NCBI GenBank assembly: GCA_040285825.1
Contig: JAUPSS010000009.1
Span: forward strand, 62,001 to 126,000
Source: Eukaryota sp. TZLM1-RC
Lineage: Eukaryota; Protista; Metamonada: BaSk clade
DNA: 64,000 nucleotides
Reading direction: 5' to 3'
Shown piece after piece: positions 46,749 through 59,000 of this stretch. Made by a program: the position numbers and the translations under genes. A model generated the notes under the pieces. The model saw nothing but the letters and a program-made list of their open reading frames with translations, did not search any database and had not been told where the DNA came from. Position 1 is the stretch's first letter; each line of letters opens with the position of its first letter.

Positions 46749-49700
46749 CTAAATTTTTTCACTCAAATGCTTACAGCAAAGAAAATCAAATGTTCCAGGC
46801 ACGTAGACAAATTGCCTACAACCAACATCAATCTTGACTTCCAGAGAATTCTTCATAAAATGCAGTTTATCTAATTTGCGAAGATTCCTCCTTATAAAAG
46901 GCTTAATATTTGATTTAAGTTCAAAATTTTTAATTTTTGATCTCTTTGAATGTCTATGAGTTCTTGATGGTACATTTCTTTGAAACACTCCATTACCAAC
47001 CACAATACAATTATCTTTGAGGACTTTGCAATGTACTGGATCACCCAAATACTTCAAAGTTCCAATCAATGAGTAATCACAAACTGTTTGAGATCCAATA
47101 AAAGGTAGTTTTGGAGAAGGTGCAGCGAACAGCTGACCCAAGACACTGATAGAAAGTCGAAGTGGAAAATGAGCAATTCGAACTTCAAATAGCATCTTTT
47201 TACTTCCCAATAAAGCCATTGCATGATGTCGATATTCAGAAGAAAAGTCCCTGACAGGTGGTGCCAACAATTGAGGCTTTCCATAAGAATGTTCAAGATC
47301 TTGATAATAATTTGGATTTTGAATATAACCAGCAGCTTCTGGATGGTGAACAATCAGCCGATTAGAAACAAAGCGGTGGAGTTCGATTAACTGAGGGGAC
47401 AGAGGGCTCCGTGTAATGATTATAATCACCTGAACCACTACTCTGCGAGCCAAGACAGGAAGAATTGAAAGAGGGTGGAAGGACAGTGGCCCAAAAAACT
47501 CTGATAAAAAGGTATCATATTCCGTTTGAAGGGAACTTGACGAAGAAAATTTGATTAATGATTTGATGAAGCTCACAAACGAGGAAGCTCCAAGATCATT
47601 AGTCAATGGACTACTGTTGACTTTTTGACCTGTGGACGTGACCATTTTCTTGCAGTTAGTGATTAATTCCTTCCTTTTACACAGTGTAAAAGCTAAGGAT
47701 AGTCTTTCAAAGAATAACAACAACAACCTAAACAAAACATAGATAGAAACGTCACAGTACAAAACATTGATTGGTTCATCATCATCGCTTCCAGGCGGTT
47801 TTACTTCTTCTGTGGGGTTTTCTACAGGATTAAATTCTTTTTTATTACGTAAATAAATATTCAAATAAGGATATTTCTGATGAGAATTGGACAAATTTAA
47901 TTCATCAATCATTTCCGAATCAAGTAATCGTTGAATATCAACTTCTTTGATACCATAACCAAAGAAATCATTACCAATAAATTTGAATAAAAAATCCGTG
48001 ACTTCAGAGCTACTTTCTTGGAGACAGGCTGACAATGCTGATAGCAAAGAAACCCCTTGGAAAACAACCAAGGGCTCCCTTATAATTGACAGATGGTTCA
48101 TTGGAAATTCCCCAAATCCTAGAGAATCCAACACCTTACGTGGTTCACTCTCTGGGACGGGTACTCCTTCACTAGTGAGTTCATTGAGTAGTACTTGGAG
48201 ATTGAAGTGCTCTTGTTGCACATCTTGATTAATTTTCTGAGGTTTACAGGCTTCAGAATCGCGCTCTCTCACTAAGGACAGTTCTGTTTCAAGTGCTTTC
48301 TCATAAGACAATTGAATAGTACTGCTCCAAACAGGAAGTAATTCTTTTTTAATTGATAATAATTCTTGATGTTTTAACTTTAATCTATTCAAAACGACAG
48401 GAATAACAACATCAGGATGGTCATAGATGGCTTCCTCAATCTCGCCAGCCCTTGCTCCAAATTCCCTCCTTAGAATGTATTGATAGATAGACGGCAAGCG
48501 TTCAGTGATTTTAATGCTTTCAGTTGACTCACAATTCTGTACCAAAACTTCAGACAGCCTTGACATTACCTCCATCTTTCTAATGAGAGCCATTGTTAGG
48601 TTAATCATCATGTTCATTTCTGTCATATCGTCTTCATTCTTTAACAAAGTGTTGTAAAAGACAGTCATTGCGGTGCTCTCCTTCAACAACACTCCCCCAC
48701 TTTCAGAGCCAGCAGGAGCACTTACAACTACATCATTAAGGACTTCCTTCTCCAGATCACCTCTTCCTGAACACTTTGGATGTACATAATCTGGTGGCAA
48801 AACCCTATAAGAAGGGGTAACCTTACGTAATTTCTCTTTAAACCCTGGTGTAGCTACAAGCAAAGCAGCGGTGTTGTGTAGGGTCTCCTTGTCATTTCGG
48901 ATAAGAGCAACAAGAGAATCAACAACATAGGTGTGATCCTTGAAGATTTCCCCCCATACTAGCTCTACATCAGAAGCTTCAAAGACTCCTGCTGCATAGA
49001 GATCCAATGAACGAAGGAAACAAGCCCACAAGATTGGACTATTTGCCAAGGCCCTTTTGGCTGAGGAAAGAACAGAATGCTCATCGTGTTTGAGATTTAA
49101 GTGATCGGTTTCCAAGGGTAAAACTGGTTGGTATTGGGTGAATTCAACAGATTTCTGTTCTTTTTTGACCCTTCTATCTTTCTTTGGTAAAACCTCTGGT
49201 TCGGGAGCTTCATCAAGTGCTATTGCTTCAACTAAATGATCAGTAGCTACTACAGAGTCCAAATGCAGTTTTGATTTAGCCTCTGCTCTAAATGACGGAG
49301 GTAGGAATTGAACCCACGCAGGGAGGAGATCTGTAGCTGACTCTGAAAATAAAGACAAAACTTCAGTGTCGAGGTCGTGGAGTGAACGAGTTTGAGCAAC
49401 AAAGTCTCGAATGATTTGGTAAAATTGTTGAAGTTTAGGGGCATCATAGGTGAATCTTTCCTTTACTGCTATAACAAACTTGGTTGCTTCAGCAAATAGA
49501 TCGCGTTCTGTAGGGGGTAATTCAGATTCATTGACAAAAGATTGGCGTGGGAAAGAGGAGGTATCGGGAGGGTGATCGGGAGTAGGAAGAGGTTCTTCTT
49601 TTGCAGGAACAGCAGTTTCGAGCATATCTCGTTCTTGCAAATCTTTGAACTCTTCAGGTGAAGGCATTTTAACACCAGCTGGCAAAAAGTAATTGAAACC

Positions 49701-49892
49701 TTGGGCAAGATGAGGATGGTCTGCTAAAAGTTGACAGATTTGATGTACTACAGAAGGAGCGTCTATACGTTGAGTAGTAAAGTCGTTAAGTACTGCTACA
49801 AATTGATTATAACCAGGACCAAGTACTTCCCTCACCTCATTAGTGAAATCGAGGGCTTTTTTGCGTAGATCTTCCCTGGAGGCTTCGCTCAT
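46749..49892 (-). CDS. SIN3: Sin3 corepressor (paired amphipathic helix protein)
   Basis: PAH1 (Y..F...L..F..HP.L..GFN.FLP), PAH2, PAH3-like, and HDAC-interaction domain TPSYR.LP..Y..P.CSGR..EVLND..VS.P..SE, P....P.VL.RLK.K. Confidence 0.92.
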   Translation of the reverse strand: MSEASREDLRKKALDFTNEVREVLGPGYNQFVAVLNDFTTQRIDAPSVVHQICQLLADHPHLAQGFNYFLPAGVKMPSPEEFKDLQERDMLETAVPAKEEPLPTPDHPPDTSSFPRQSFVNESELPPTERDLFAEATKFVIAVKERFTYDAPKLQQFYQIIRDFVAQTRSLHDLDTEVLSLFSESATDLLPAWVQFLPPSFRAEAKSKLHLDSVVATDHLVEAIALDEAPEPEVLPKKDRRVKKEQKSVEFTQYQPVLPLETDHLNLKHDEHSVLSSAKRALANSPILWACFLRSLDLYAAGVFEASDVELVWGEIFKDHTYVVDSLVALIRNDKETLHNTAALLVATPGFKEKLRKVTPSYRVLPPDYVHPKCSGRGDLEKEVLNDVVVSAPAGSESGGVLLKESTAMTVFYNTLLKNEDDMTEMNMMINLTMALIRKMEVMSRLSEVLVQNCESTESIKITERLPSIYQYILRREFGARAGEIEEAIYDHPDVVIPVVLNRLKLKHQELLSIKKELLPVWSSTIQLSYEKALETELSLVRERDSEACKPQKINQDVQQEHFNLQVLLNELTSEGVPVPESEPRKVLDSLGFGEFPMNHLSIIREPLVVFQGVSLLSALSACLQESSSEVTDFLFKFIGNDFFGYGIKEVDIQRLLDSEMIDELNLSNSHQKYPYLNIYLRNKKEFNPVENPTEEVKPPGSDDDEPINVLYCDVSIYVLFRLLLLFFERLSLAFTLCKRKELITNCKKMVTSTGQKVNSSPLTNDLGASSFVSFIKSLIKFSSSSSLQTEYDTFLSEFFGPLSFHPLSILPVLARRVVVQVIIIITRSPLSPQLIELHRFVSNRLIVHHPEAAGYIQNPNYYQDLEHSYGKPQLLAPPVRDFSSEYRHHAMALLGSKKMLFEVRIAHFPLRLSISVLGQLFAAPSPKLPFIGSQTVCDYSLIGTLKYLGDPVHCKVLKDNCIVVGNGVFQRNVPSRTHRHSKRSKIKNFELKSNIKPFIRRNLRKLDKLHFMKNSLEVKIDVGCRQFVYVPGTFDFLCCKHLSEKI

Positions 49893-50284
49893 TGAGCTAT
49901 GAATGTCTATTTTGTTGAATATTGATTTGGAATATTGATTCTTTTCAATACTGCGAATTTAACATATCATGCATTCCCCTGTGAAATTCACTCCTGTTGT
50001 CAACTTTCACAATGTCTTCTCACAGGCTGTAAGAGATATGTAGCGTCAATTGACAAAGACATTTCATGATCTTCATCAATGGGCTACCTCACTTAAATAC
50101 ACCTACTGCTTTCACAGAACAAAGCCTCGCGACTTGATGTATCTATGTGGATCTATCAAATGCTACTAATGCATTTGTAGATGGTCTCAAAAGTTTTTCA
50201 AAAAAATAAAAAATAAAATAAAAGACTCAAAATAAAATATCAGTTTTTCAAAAGTTTTTGTTTCTATATGTTCAGGTTCCCCAT

Positions 50285-52046
50285 TCATCTCCTCAACAGA
50301 GTTTCTGGGCAAATGTATCTTTCCGGCCACAATTCCGCTTTGTTCTTAATTTGAATATTTTTTGCAGCGGAAATATCTCTGTCATATACTATTTGACACC
50401 CAGTACAAAAACGCATCTGCCATGAGCCTGCTTGAATATTCTTGGCCATGCAACAACTGGACAGTTTGCTTCTATTAAATTCACTGGTTGACAAGTGCTT
50501 CACGTTTTTTTGATAATATAACCATTTTCTGAATTGTAGGTATTTCATTAGTGAGTACCTTAGTTTATATTGTATAGGTTTAGATACAATTATCTTTATC
50601 CTAACCCGCCTAACCTAACCCATATTCTACAACTAGCATGCCTTTCGGCAAAATCAATTATTGTGCGTAACAGGCACTTCAAACAGGTGACAGCAACAGC
50701 ACTGTCAACAGTTAAAAGATGTCTAACCAGAAGCCAAAAGCCCAACAAAGACGGAATCGATTGTCCACCTATGTCAATCCCCTTCTACAATACTGATACA
50801 ATTATACACGAATCAGTTTGGGGCATCAACCCAAAGAAATTACAAATAGCCAATCACATTTTTGACGAATTGATTGAAACGGGCTATGCAAGTGAAGCGA
50901 ACTACAAGTTTAGTTCCCCAATAGTATTAGTGATATAGCCTGATGATGAAAGACCTAGGTTGACGGGCGATCTCAGTGGAAAAGATGAAGTCAACGCTCA
51001 TACAATTCCGGCCGAGTCTGACCTACCATTAATTACAGATGTTCAGAATTTTTGAGTCAAACCAATTCAATGGCCACTTTGGATCTTCCAAAAGCTTTTT
51101 GGCAAATGAAGGTGGTTGACGAAGATATTGAAAAGACATCCATCTCTATTTCTGGCAGGTTCATTGTGTTTAAAAGGACATGCTTAAAGAATTCCCCAGC
51201 AAGTTTTTAAAACGTAATGATGGAATTTTTTCAAAAAGAAAGAGTTTTTACTTGCATCGATAAACATAATAATATAAAGATCAACCCTCAACAATTTTTT
51301 GACAGAATACAGAGGGTACTGCAATGCGCAAGAAAATTGATTTGGAGCTTGAGAATAGAAAGAATAACTACTTCTTCGCGTTGCTCACTTTCTGATGGTT
51401 CACCAGCTTGCAGAGGTGCTAATGTTTCATCTGGTATAAAAGAGAAAAGGTAATTGGCAAAGATAATCGTTCTATTAAGAGCTTTACAATGAGCACGAAT
51501 GAAGTTCTTTGTTCAGGATTGACAAATTTTGGGTAAACTTGTCATAACATTAAATGCTAATTGACGAGCCCAACAAGCAAGGTCAGGAGAAAGTCCTTTT
51601 CTATTAATAAAATTGCATCTCTGTGGCTGTAGCCATTCATTGAGGAAAATATTGAATGAATTTCTACAAGGAACTAGAGAAGTTTCCCATGTAGAAAACA
51701 GAGACCTGTCTTGTGGACATTCAGGAAGAAATCCACTGTAAAAGACATGTAGTAATTGGTGTTGTCCTTTGGAGGTGGATGAATTTGGAAAAGAACCGGT
51801 GCTGATGACGGTCATAAAAAGATACCATACATCTTGTTGCACTAAAGCTCGAGCTGCCAACGGAAAATTGAAGACAAAAGATTGAACCAATAAAGAAGCT
51901 TCATGACAAATCTTGGTAACCAAAGTAAGGTCAGTCCGAATTTCTTGATCTGCTGCAGGGGTCAGTAGCGAGTTAAGTGCACAAGACCGAGTGAATACAC
52001 GTGACACAGGGGGATGTCTGACATGTAGTGAGAATAAGGAGCTCAT
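50285..52046 (-). pseudogene. Second Fanzor1-like gene: N-terminal part (52046-~51340) and RuvC-II/Zn/RuvC-III end (50548-50285), with the middle replaced by other DNA
   Basis: C-terminal SEFNRSK.SSCC..RFC.GC..YDRDISAAKNI. N-terminal SCALNSLL..VTKICHEASLL..F and ARQLA.N...R..NFIR (across an in-frame TGA) resemble Fanzor1 N-termini; that assignment is weaker. Confidence 0.65.
50740..51330 (+). mobile_element. Decayed Ty3/Gypsy RT fragment (related subfamily)
   Basis: DGIDCPPMSIPFY..FSSPIVLV..PRLTGD..ATLDLPKAFWQ, homologous to 55179-56060. Confidence 0.8.
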
Positions 52047-52808
52047 CTATCAAATTTTACACTTGTCACCCCATCTTCGACTCCTGGTGGTTTCTTCTGG
52101 CAATTTAACCTTCAACTTGGTTTTGATGGGTTTTAATTTTTCCCTCACTTCATAAACTAGTTCTGGTTTTGTCGCAACGGAACGTTGATTATACTTCCTT
52201 GCGCAACAATACTCTCTCTTAGTTTGGTCTCTTCTGTGGTTTTCATGGATTGTCTTTTTCTCATTCATTCTTATTTCCCTCACCTACCTTCTTTTTTGAG
52301 CCTTATAACTTCCCCTTTACCTGCTTTTCTACTCATTTTTGACTCTTTTACCTTATACCTGCAGTTAATTCCCTTCTTGAAACAATTGTTGAAGTCGCCG
52401 TAAAACCCTCCACTTTGATCATCATAAACGATGTTGTCCATCATCATAATCATTTGAATAATAGATATGAATGTGTAATGTAAGACAAAGTTGTTTATTA
52501 ACTATTACATCCACTATTACTTTGAAAACATTCCCATTTTTTAGTATTTTTAGATCAAACACACTAGTTTTGTACTGTAGTTGAAGTTTGTAAATTCAGA
52601 TTGCTTTCCGTCAAATCAACCTATTGTTAAATTGATTTAGCTTGAGTAAATAGAATAGCTTAATCACTATGGTTTTGTGCATTACAAAATTGAAATCTAG
52701 TTGAAAGCTGCTAAATCTTACAAGGAAAGCGGCATAGGTTGCTGAGGAGAGGGAGTTGACAGAAAGATGAACGATTGGAGCAACAGAAAGTGAAAAAATT
52801 AGGTCAGG

Positions 52809-52944
52809 TGATGCTTTATCCATATATGATAACAAAGAATAAGGAATAATTGATTAGAATTTCACCGGCCCTTATAAAGGCCATCACTAGTGAACTATGT
52901 TATATAAATATAAATGTACTAGACTAATTGTCCACAGTACAACA
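52809..52944 (-). repeat. 3' LTR
   Basis: Direct repeat of 59580-59715, preceded by the PPT agagggaaaggtag. Confidence 0.95.
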
Positions 52945-55178
52945 CTACCTTTTCCCTCTCTTAGATTTCGAACGAAAGCTACGAGTACTGACTGCAGGGG
53001 AATTAGTCTTAGATTTGGAATTAGAAGATACCTTCCGTTTCCTGGTAGTGTGAGGACTAATAGAGCGCAAATATGTTTGATATGCCTCAGTGCTTTTGAC
53101 GTCAGCAACTGGGACAGACGAAGTCTCGCCGCCATACCAAACTGCGGTACAATAAGGAACTTTATTATTGTTCGAATCTACGTAATCAAAGTGATCTATA
53201 ATTTTAACGATTACAGATTCTTCCATATCGCCAGCAGCAATATTGTTATGCCAATCAAGATCTTCTTTAGGGAAGTCTGAAAGGTATAGTTTACAATGAT
53301 TTATACTTGCCGTAGACATCGAACCAGTGACAAGATTCTTGAGTAATAAACTTTTATTGGATTTAACTTCTTCAACGAGAAAAGGGCCAGCGAAGCAACC
53401 ATGGAGTTTACCATTAGTCTTTAATCGCAAAACTAAGTCACCTTTATTAAAAGGGTTCCTATGTTTGTTAACTTCAGGCAGTTGTTGAGCTTGCCTGAGC
53501 TCTGCCTCTTCTCTCTTCTTTGAAATCCTTTCAAGTTTTGCTTCAAGATCTTTAACAAAGGGAATATTAACATTAGCTGATTTTATTAATTCAAACATAT
53601 TACTAGGATCAGCTCTAGGGCTGTGGTCGCTACCAAACATTAAATTGTAGGGCGAATGACCAGTAACTTTACTAATAGTTGAATTGATTTGAAGTTGTAC
53701 AATTGGGATATATTCACTCCAATTGCTATAATCGCCAGAGTCCACCAAAATCTTTCTTAGACTTTGTAAAATGTCTCTGTGTCGTCTTTCTACTAAACCA
53801 TTGCTTTGTGAAAAGCTAGTTAGTGAACGACTTACTTCAATGTTTAATAAATCGCATAACCCTTTGAATATGGCATTTGCAAATTCAATACCATTGTCAC
53901 TATGAATCAACAGTGGGATACCAAAAATTGATACTACACTCCATAGGAGGTGATTGGTTGCCTCCACTGCATTCAATTCCTTTACAGGGCAAATGATCGT
54001 ATACCTAGTGAACGAATCTACAAAAACTATTAAATATTTGAATCCATTATCATCTTGTTGTAATGGTCCAATAGTGTCTGCGTTTAATCGTGCAAAAGGT
54101 CGATCAGCCCAAAGAGAGCCAGATGATTCAATGACATTTTTAGGCACATGCGCCGTCTTTTGACATGCTGGGCATCTCTTAATATGGTTAATCATGTCTT
54201 TGCGCATGTCGGGCCAAAAGTAATCACTATTGAGTAATTTCTTTACACTAGTCGTCACACTAGGATGGCCAACATTTGCATGTCCATGAATGATAGTTAA
54301 AGTCTGCTTCTTTAAACTATCTGGGATAACAATCTTCCCACGATTGTTGGTATACAATTGAATATCTGAATTATAATTGTAATCTTTATAATAATCAGGA
54401 TTTGAATCAACATCTATAAGTTGTTCTTGCCTAATCTTTGAGATCCAAGTGTCAAATAAATCAAATTTAGTATCCTCAACTGCTTCTTTCAGTGCAGATA
54501 AGCTATTGATCGTGGGTAGCTCAATTGTGGACGGTTGAGTAATATCATCCCTTAACAAATTAACTTTAGTTAATAAATTTAAATAGGGTAATTGTTCTTC
54601 AACTCTGTGAGGTGCCAAGTTTCTCACTTGTTGGACTCGAGGAGTTTTGGGTTTGGTGTCAACCAATCTAGACAACATGTCTGCCCAAAAATTCTCCTCG
54701 CCTGCAGTGTGGACTACATCAAAATTGAATTCTGACAATATTGGTAGCCACCTCTTCACAATTCTGTTCTTTTCAGGAGCTGATATGAGGTATGCTAAAT
54801 TTCTATGATCAGTGAAAATAGTTAATTTCCTCGAAATTAAATAATTTTCTAAACTACTGTCAGTGAGAATTAGTAAAATTGCATACAACTCTTTCTGAAG
54901 TACAGACCAATTCTTTTGTGAAGTTGATAATAATCTGCTAAAGAAGGCAATAGGTACAACCTTTCTCTTAATTAGCGGTGTCGTAGGATCTTTAGGTGGG
55001 TTAGCTTCTTGCCATATTACTCCACCTACAGCCACATCGGACGCGTCAGCACTTATTAAAATATGCTTGTCTTCTGAGGGCAATACAAGAGGGATATTTG
55101 CTTTGATAAGATTTATAATCTTACCAAAAGCCTCGTCATGATCAGGAGTCCACTTGATTTTTGACGGTTTGTTTCTGG
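52945..55178 (-). CDS. RNase H + integrase + C-terminal chromodomain-like module
   Basis: ADASD, KELYA, TDHRNL; HHCC (H...GHP..CPAC); D..D(SDNG)..E(ERRH); GPF motif; IVKIIDH..Y...W.G. Joined to RT by a 1-nt frameshift at ~55180. Confidence 0.92.
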
Positions 55179-56093
55179 TTAATTGTTGATTGGTTCTATC
55201 AAGTCAGACAAATTTGGCAACCAGTCACGTATATAATTGATTGAACCTATAAAACTCCTAACTTCAGGTAATGTCCTGGGTTTAGGTAGGTTGATCAGTC
55301 CCTCGATCCTAGATTCATCTATATAACGGGTTTTGTTTACAAAAATACTACCTAGAATTTTTATTTCATGTTTGCAAGTGGTAAAGCTACACTTGGGTAG
55401 GCCCAGGTTAACTCTAAAACGTTTGGCGCGTTCTAGGACCGTACCTATTCTGGATAGAAATTCATCCAGGGTCGAAGCTACTATTATTATATCATCGATA
55501 TAAATAAATACGCCCTCAGAATCAAATATTTCCATCATCATGTTTTGGAAGACTGCAGGAACGTTCTTCAAACCAAAACAAGCCCTTTTAAAACTGATCG
55601 ACATCCCGGGAATTGATACGGTAGTTTTATCAATATCCTCTTCTGCAATTTTGAGTTGCCAAAATGCCTTAGGTAAATCTAGAGTTGCTATATAATCAGC
55701 TTTACTTAGAAACTCTAAAATGTCGCTAATCCTGGGCAAATTTGCCTCTACAGGTTTAGTTAAATCATTTACTCCACCAATACCACTAAAATCGCCAGTT
55801 AATCGTGGTTTCCTGTGATCAGGGTAAATCACAAGACAGATGGGACTACTGAATTGAGACTTTGCGGGCACAGCAAATCCATTACGGATCAATTCGTTAA
55901 AAATTTCCTCGGCTACCCGTTGTTTTTCTGGGTTTAATCTTCGAGGTTTCCTTTTGACGACCTTACTTTCGTCATAAAATGGAATGGTCATCGGCTGACA
56001 ATCAATTCCATCCGGGTGAGGTAGCCCACTAAATACATTTCTATATTTTTCGAGTAGCACGACTAGGCGTTCCTCGTCCCTAATGTCATCCAG
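55179..56093 (-). CDS. Ty3/Gypsy reverse transcriptase
   Basis: SSPI.LV, LDL.KAFWQ, FGLKNVPAVFQ, YIDD, RSFIG.INY. In frame with gag-PR beyond a single TGA. Confidence 0.93.
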   Translation of the reverse strand: MDDIRDEERLVVLLEKYRNVFSGLPHPDGIDCQPMTIPFYDESKVVKRKPRRLNPEKQRVAEEIFNELIRNGFAVPAKSQFSSPICLVIYPDHRKPRLTGDFSGIGGVNDLTKPVEANLPRISDILEFLSKADYIATLDLPKAFWQLKIAEEDIDKTTVSIPGMSISFKRACFGLKNVPAVFQNMMMEIFDSEGVFIYIDDIIIVASTLDEFLSRIGTVLERAKRFRVNLGLPKCSFTTCKHEIKILGSIFVNKTRYIDESRIEGLINLPKPRTLPEVRSFIGSINYIRDWLPNLSDLIEPINN

Positions 56094-59000
56094 TCATATT
56101 CTACAGCCCAACTCATCTAACTCATGTCTAAATGTGGAATGCCCAAAATCATTACCTAAGTCTGATTTATTACTCAATTGTTCAATGAATCTAATTGGTT
56201 GACAAATTCTATTATCGAACTCACATTCAGCATTTAAGATGGTGCGATGTTCGCGATCCAAATTAATATTAAAACCGTGCTCCGTGCGTAGCCCCAAGGT
56301 TTGTAAAAAGTCTCTTCCGATCAAAAAATTATTGGTACCAGGAATGATCTGGAATTCGATCCTTAAAAACACTTGAGTGGCCAAGCTACCCACATTTAGA
56401 GCAAGAACACCACTTGCACATCCCAGGGTCGTGGAGCGAATACCATTTGCCGATAAGTATTCGACAGTCTTATTGTCATTAACTGTCATATTACATTTAG
56501 AGGCTAAATCCATTGATAATGCTGAAAATGCAGCTCCATTATCAATTTCGCCTTGTATTTCCACGTTATTTATGGTGCAGGTTAACCAAAGTTCCCTGTT
56601 AGAACTTTTTTGGTCCTCTGCTACCCTGGATAGTCTAACACTGTGGATAGAACCCACAGGATTGGATGACTCTCTAAATCTTTTTAATGGATTTAGGTGA
56701 TTATAATTCGAATCTGTTTTGCTCATTTTATAAATGGATTTGATTGAATTATTTGTAAGGTTATTGTTAAAAGATGTATAATCATCTGATTTATTACTAC
56801 TACTTTTACGTTTTCTATCACGTCTTTCACCTCCTTGACGCTTTTTTGAACCAGGTCTTCCCACTAATTTAAAACATTTCTCTTCAGGATTTTTATTGGT
56901 TTTACATAAGTTACACCATTGCTCTGAAGGGATGGGTCGACTGCTTACTCTAGGGTTCTCAAAAGGACCTTTTGACTGGCTTCGTCCTTTTTGCGCAGGA
57001 GCGTGAGCACCAAAAGCTGTTCTTATCAAATTCATGTCTTTGATCGAGGATTCAAGGCTATTGACCTTGTTAACAAATGCGTTACCTAAATCGTAAATCG
57101 CATCGCCCAGTTTCTCGTTACTTGAATCAAACTTGCCAATCCAAATGATATATGTGTCCATCAATTGATTGTTTGTTTTGTCGTTAATAGTTTCGAGAAA
57201 TCTCTTTGCTGGGTAGACGACAGACGGATTACCATCCGTTCCAGGCATAATTGTAGAGCGTCGAATTATATATATGATCTGCTCCATGAAGGCTGTCCAT
57301 GATGATTCAGCAGTCATTTTGCGACTGATCTCAGGTGGTCTTACAGACATTAAAGCCTTCTCAACATCGGTAGGGTATTTGTACTGGGTGCTGAGTAGCA
57401 AATATTCCCAGATTTCGGCGTCAGATGGGTTGTTGCCTAACACGTTTGTTCGGCCTCCATAAAAACTCTGCCATTCTGCGATCACCTTACCCTCGATCAT
57501 AAATCTCAAATACAAAGGGTCCACTTCGAAGAACATAGATCTAACGAAGTCGTACTGATGAACAGGTTGACCGTATTTGGTGATCGGCGTAAATGCTCTG
57601 GTGGGTCCATCGCGATCCCTAACTGTTTTAGCCCAATTGCCAAAGTTAAGAACGAAGTCGAAGATCTTCTTGGCGTCAAACGCTTCATTTAACTTAACTA
57701 GGCATCTCAGTTTGTCGTCTATTCTTTTCCTCAATTTCTCCTCGTCTGTTACAGGAGTTCTATAAAGACCGAGGGTGTCGACGAGAGAATCTCTAGGAGC
57801 ATTCGTTCCTAGGGGTTGCGTGGGTATAGATGATTTTATAACAGATGCTTGTGTAGGAGTTGCTTCACAAGAAGCTCTCCTAGATGCCAGAGGCCCTACA
57901 GAAGGTGTACTAAATAGGTTCATATTCCTCTCTTCTGAAGGCAATGTTTCGCCCAACTTAATGATAAATCTTGTCTTAGGAGGTTCCTCCTGCACAGGTA
58001 CGGTCTGGGCTGGTGGCCTTAAATCCACCCAATCTGGTGCATCTTTAGATCCTCTAGGGACCCCTGCTAGTTTATGATCATATGGAAGGCAACTGCTCTT
58101 TATTAAGACATTCTCAAAAACATTTTGGTCGGGCCAGCTATCAACCCATGCCTTAAGTTTAGCCATCCATGCATCAGGGTATACTAGTTTTAACTTGTTG
58201 GGGCCAACACGTTGCTCTTTCAATTCAATTACCCTTGTGCCTATTTCTCTAATATAGGACTCTTTGGTATGAAATTGAAGGGTGTCACCTCGAGATTCAT
58301 CGAATCTGCCCCCAAGCATAATAAAAATGTCCGCAATGGAATCTTTTGGGTGTACATTCTCCACTAGGAAATGCCTTACGACGCCTCTAAGGTTTCTACC
58401 TTGTTGATTATGAGGGTACATCTTAGCTATCCAAAATAGTCTGTCGTAAGCTTCTTGATTTCCACTGAAATATATTTTGTGGTCATCAATTGCATCCCTA
58501 TGCCATTTGGCAGGCCTGGGAGTAGCAGCTTGATACTTTGAACGAGGTGCGCTAAAATAGCAATCCTCGACTGCACTCATTCCACACGAGACCGCCGAAT
58601 CGGTAAGATCATCCAATCTCTTCAAAGGATTTGGACTCTGATCATAACTCTCGTAGACGACGTCGTCAAGTGTTTTGCCGTGGGCTTCCCCAAAGAGAAA
58701 GGGCCAACGTTTCGCTAAATAGTCACGTCGGACCTTCTCACATTCGGCTGGGTCTACGTCTCCCGCAAGACGCTCTGACTCATTCTCAGCGATTTTTAAT
58801 AATTCGTCATCACTCCAATCCATTACATCTTCGGGAGGATTGGCGATGAGGTCCAATAAGAAATCTCTAGTTACAGCCTCAACTGCCTTTGCTAATTTCC
58901 TTCGATAAAGACCCTGAGAAGTCCTTTCCGTAGATGGGAAACTAGGAGTTGGATTAGGAGGATTGGGTGTATGAGGTGGTTCATCAACGCTCTCATCCCC

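Noticed and set aside
55170-55190. Programmed frameshift between RT and RNase H
   Set aside because: Restoring one T in aat-tta gives INNLTRNKPSKIKW, a normal connection region. A 1-nt deletion or sequencing error is the simpler explanation.
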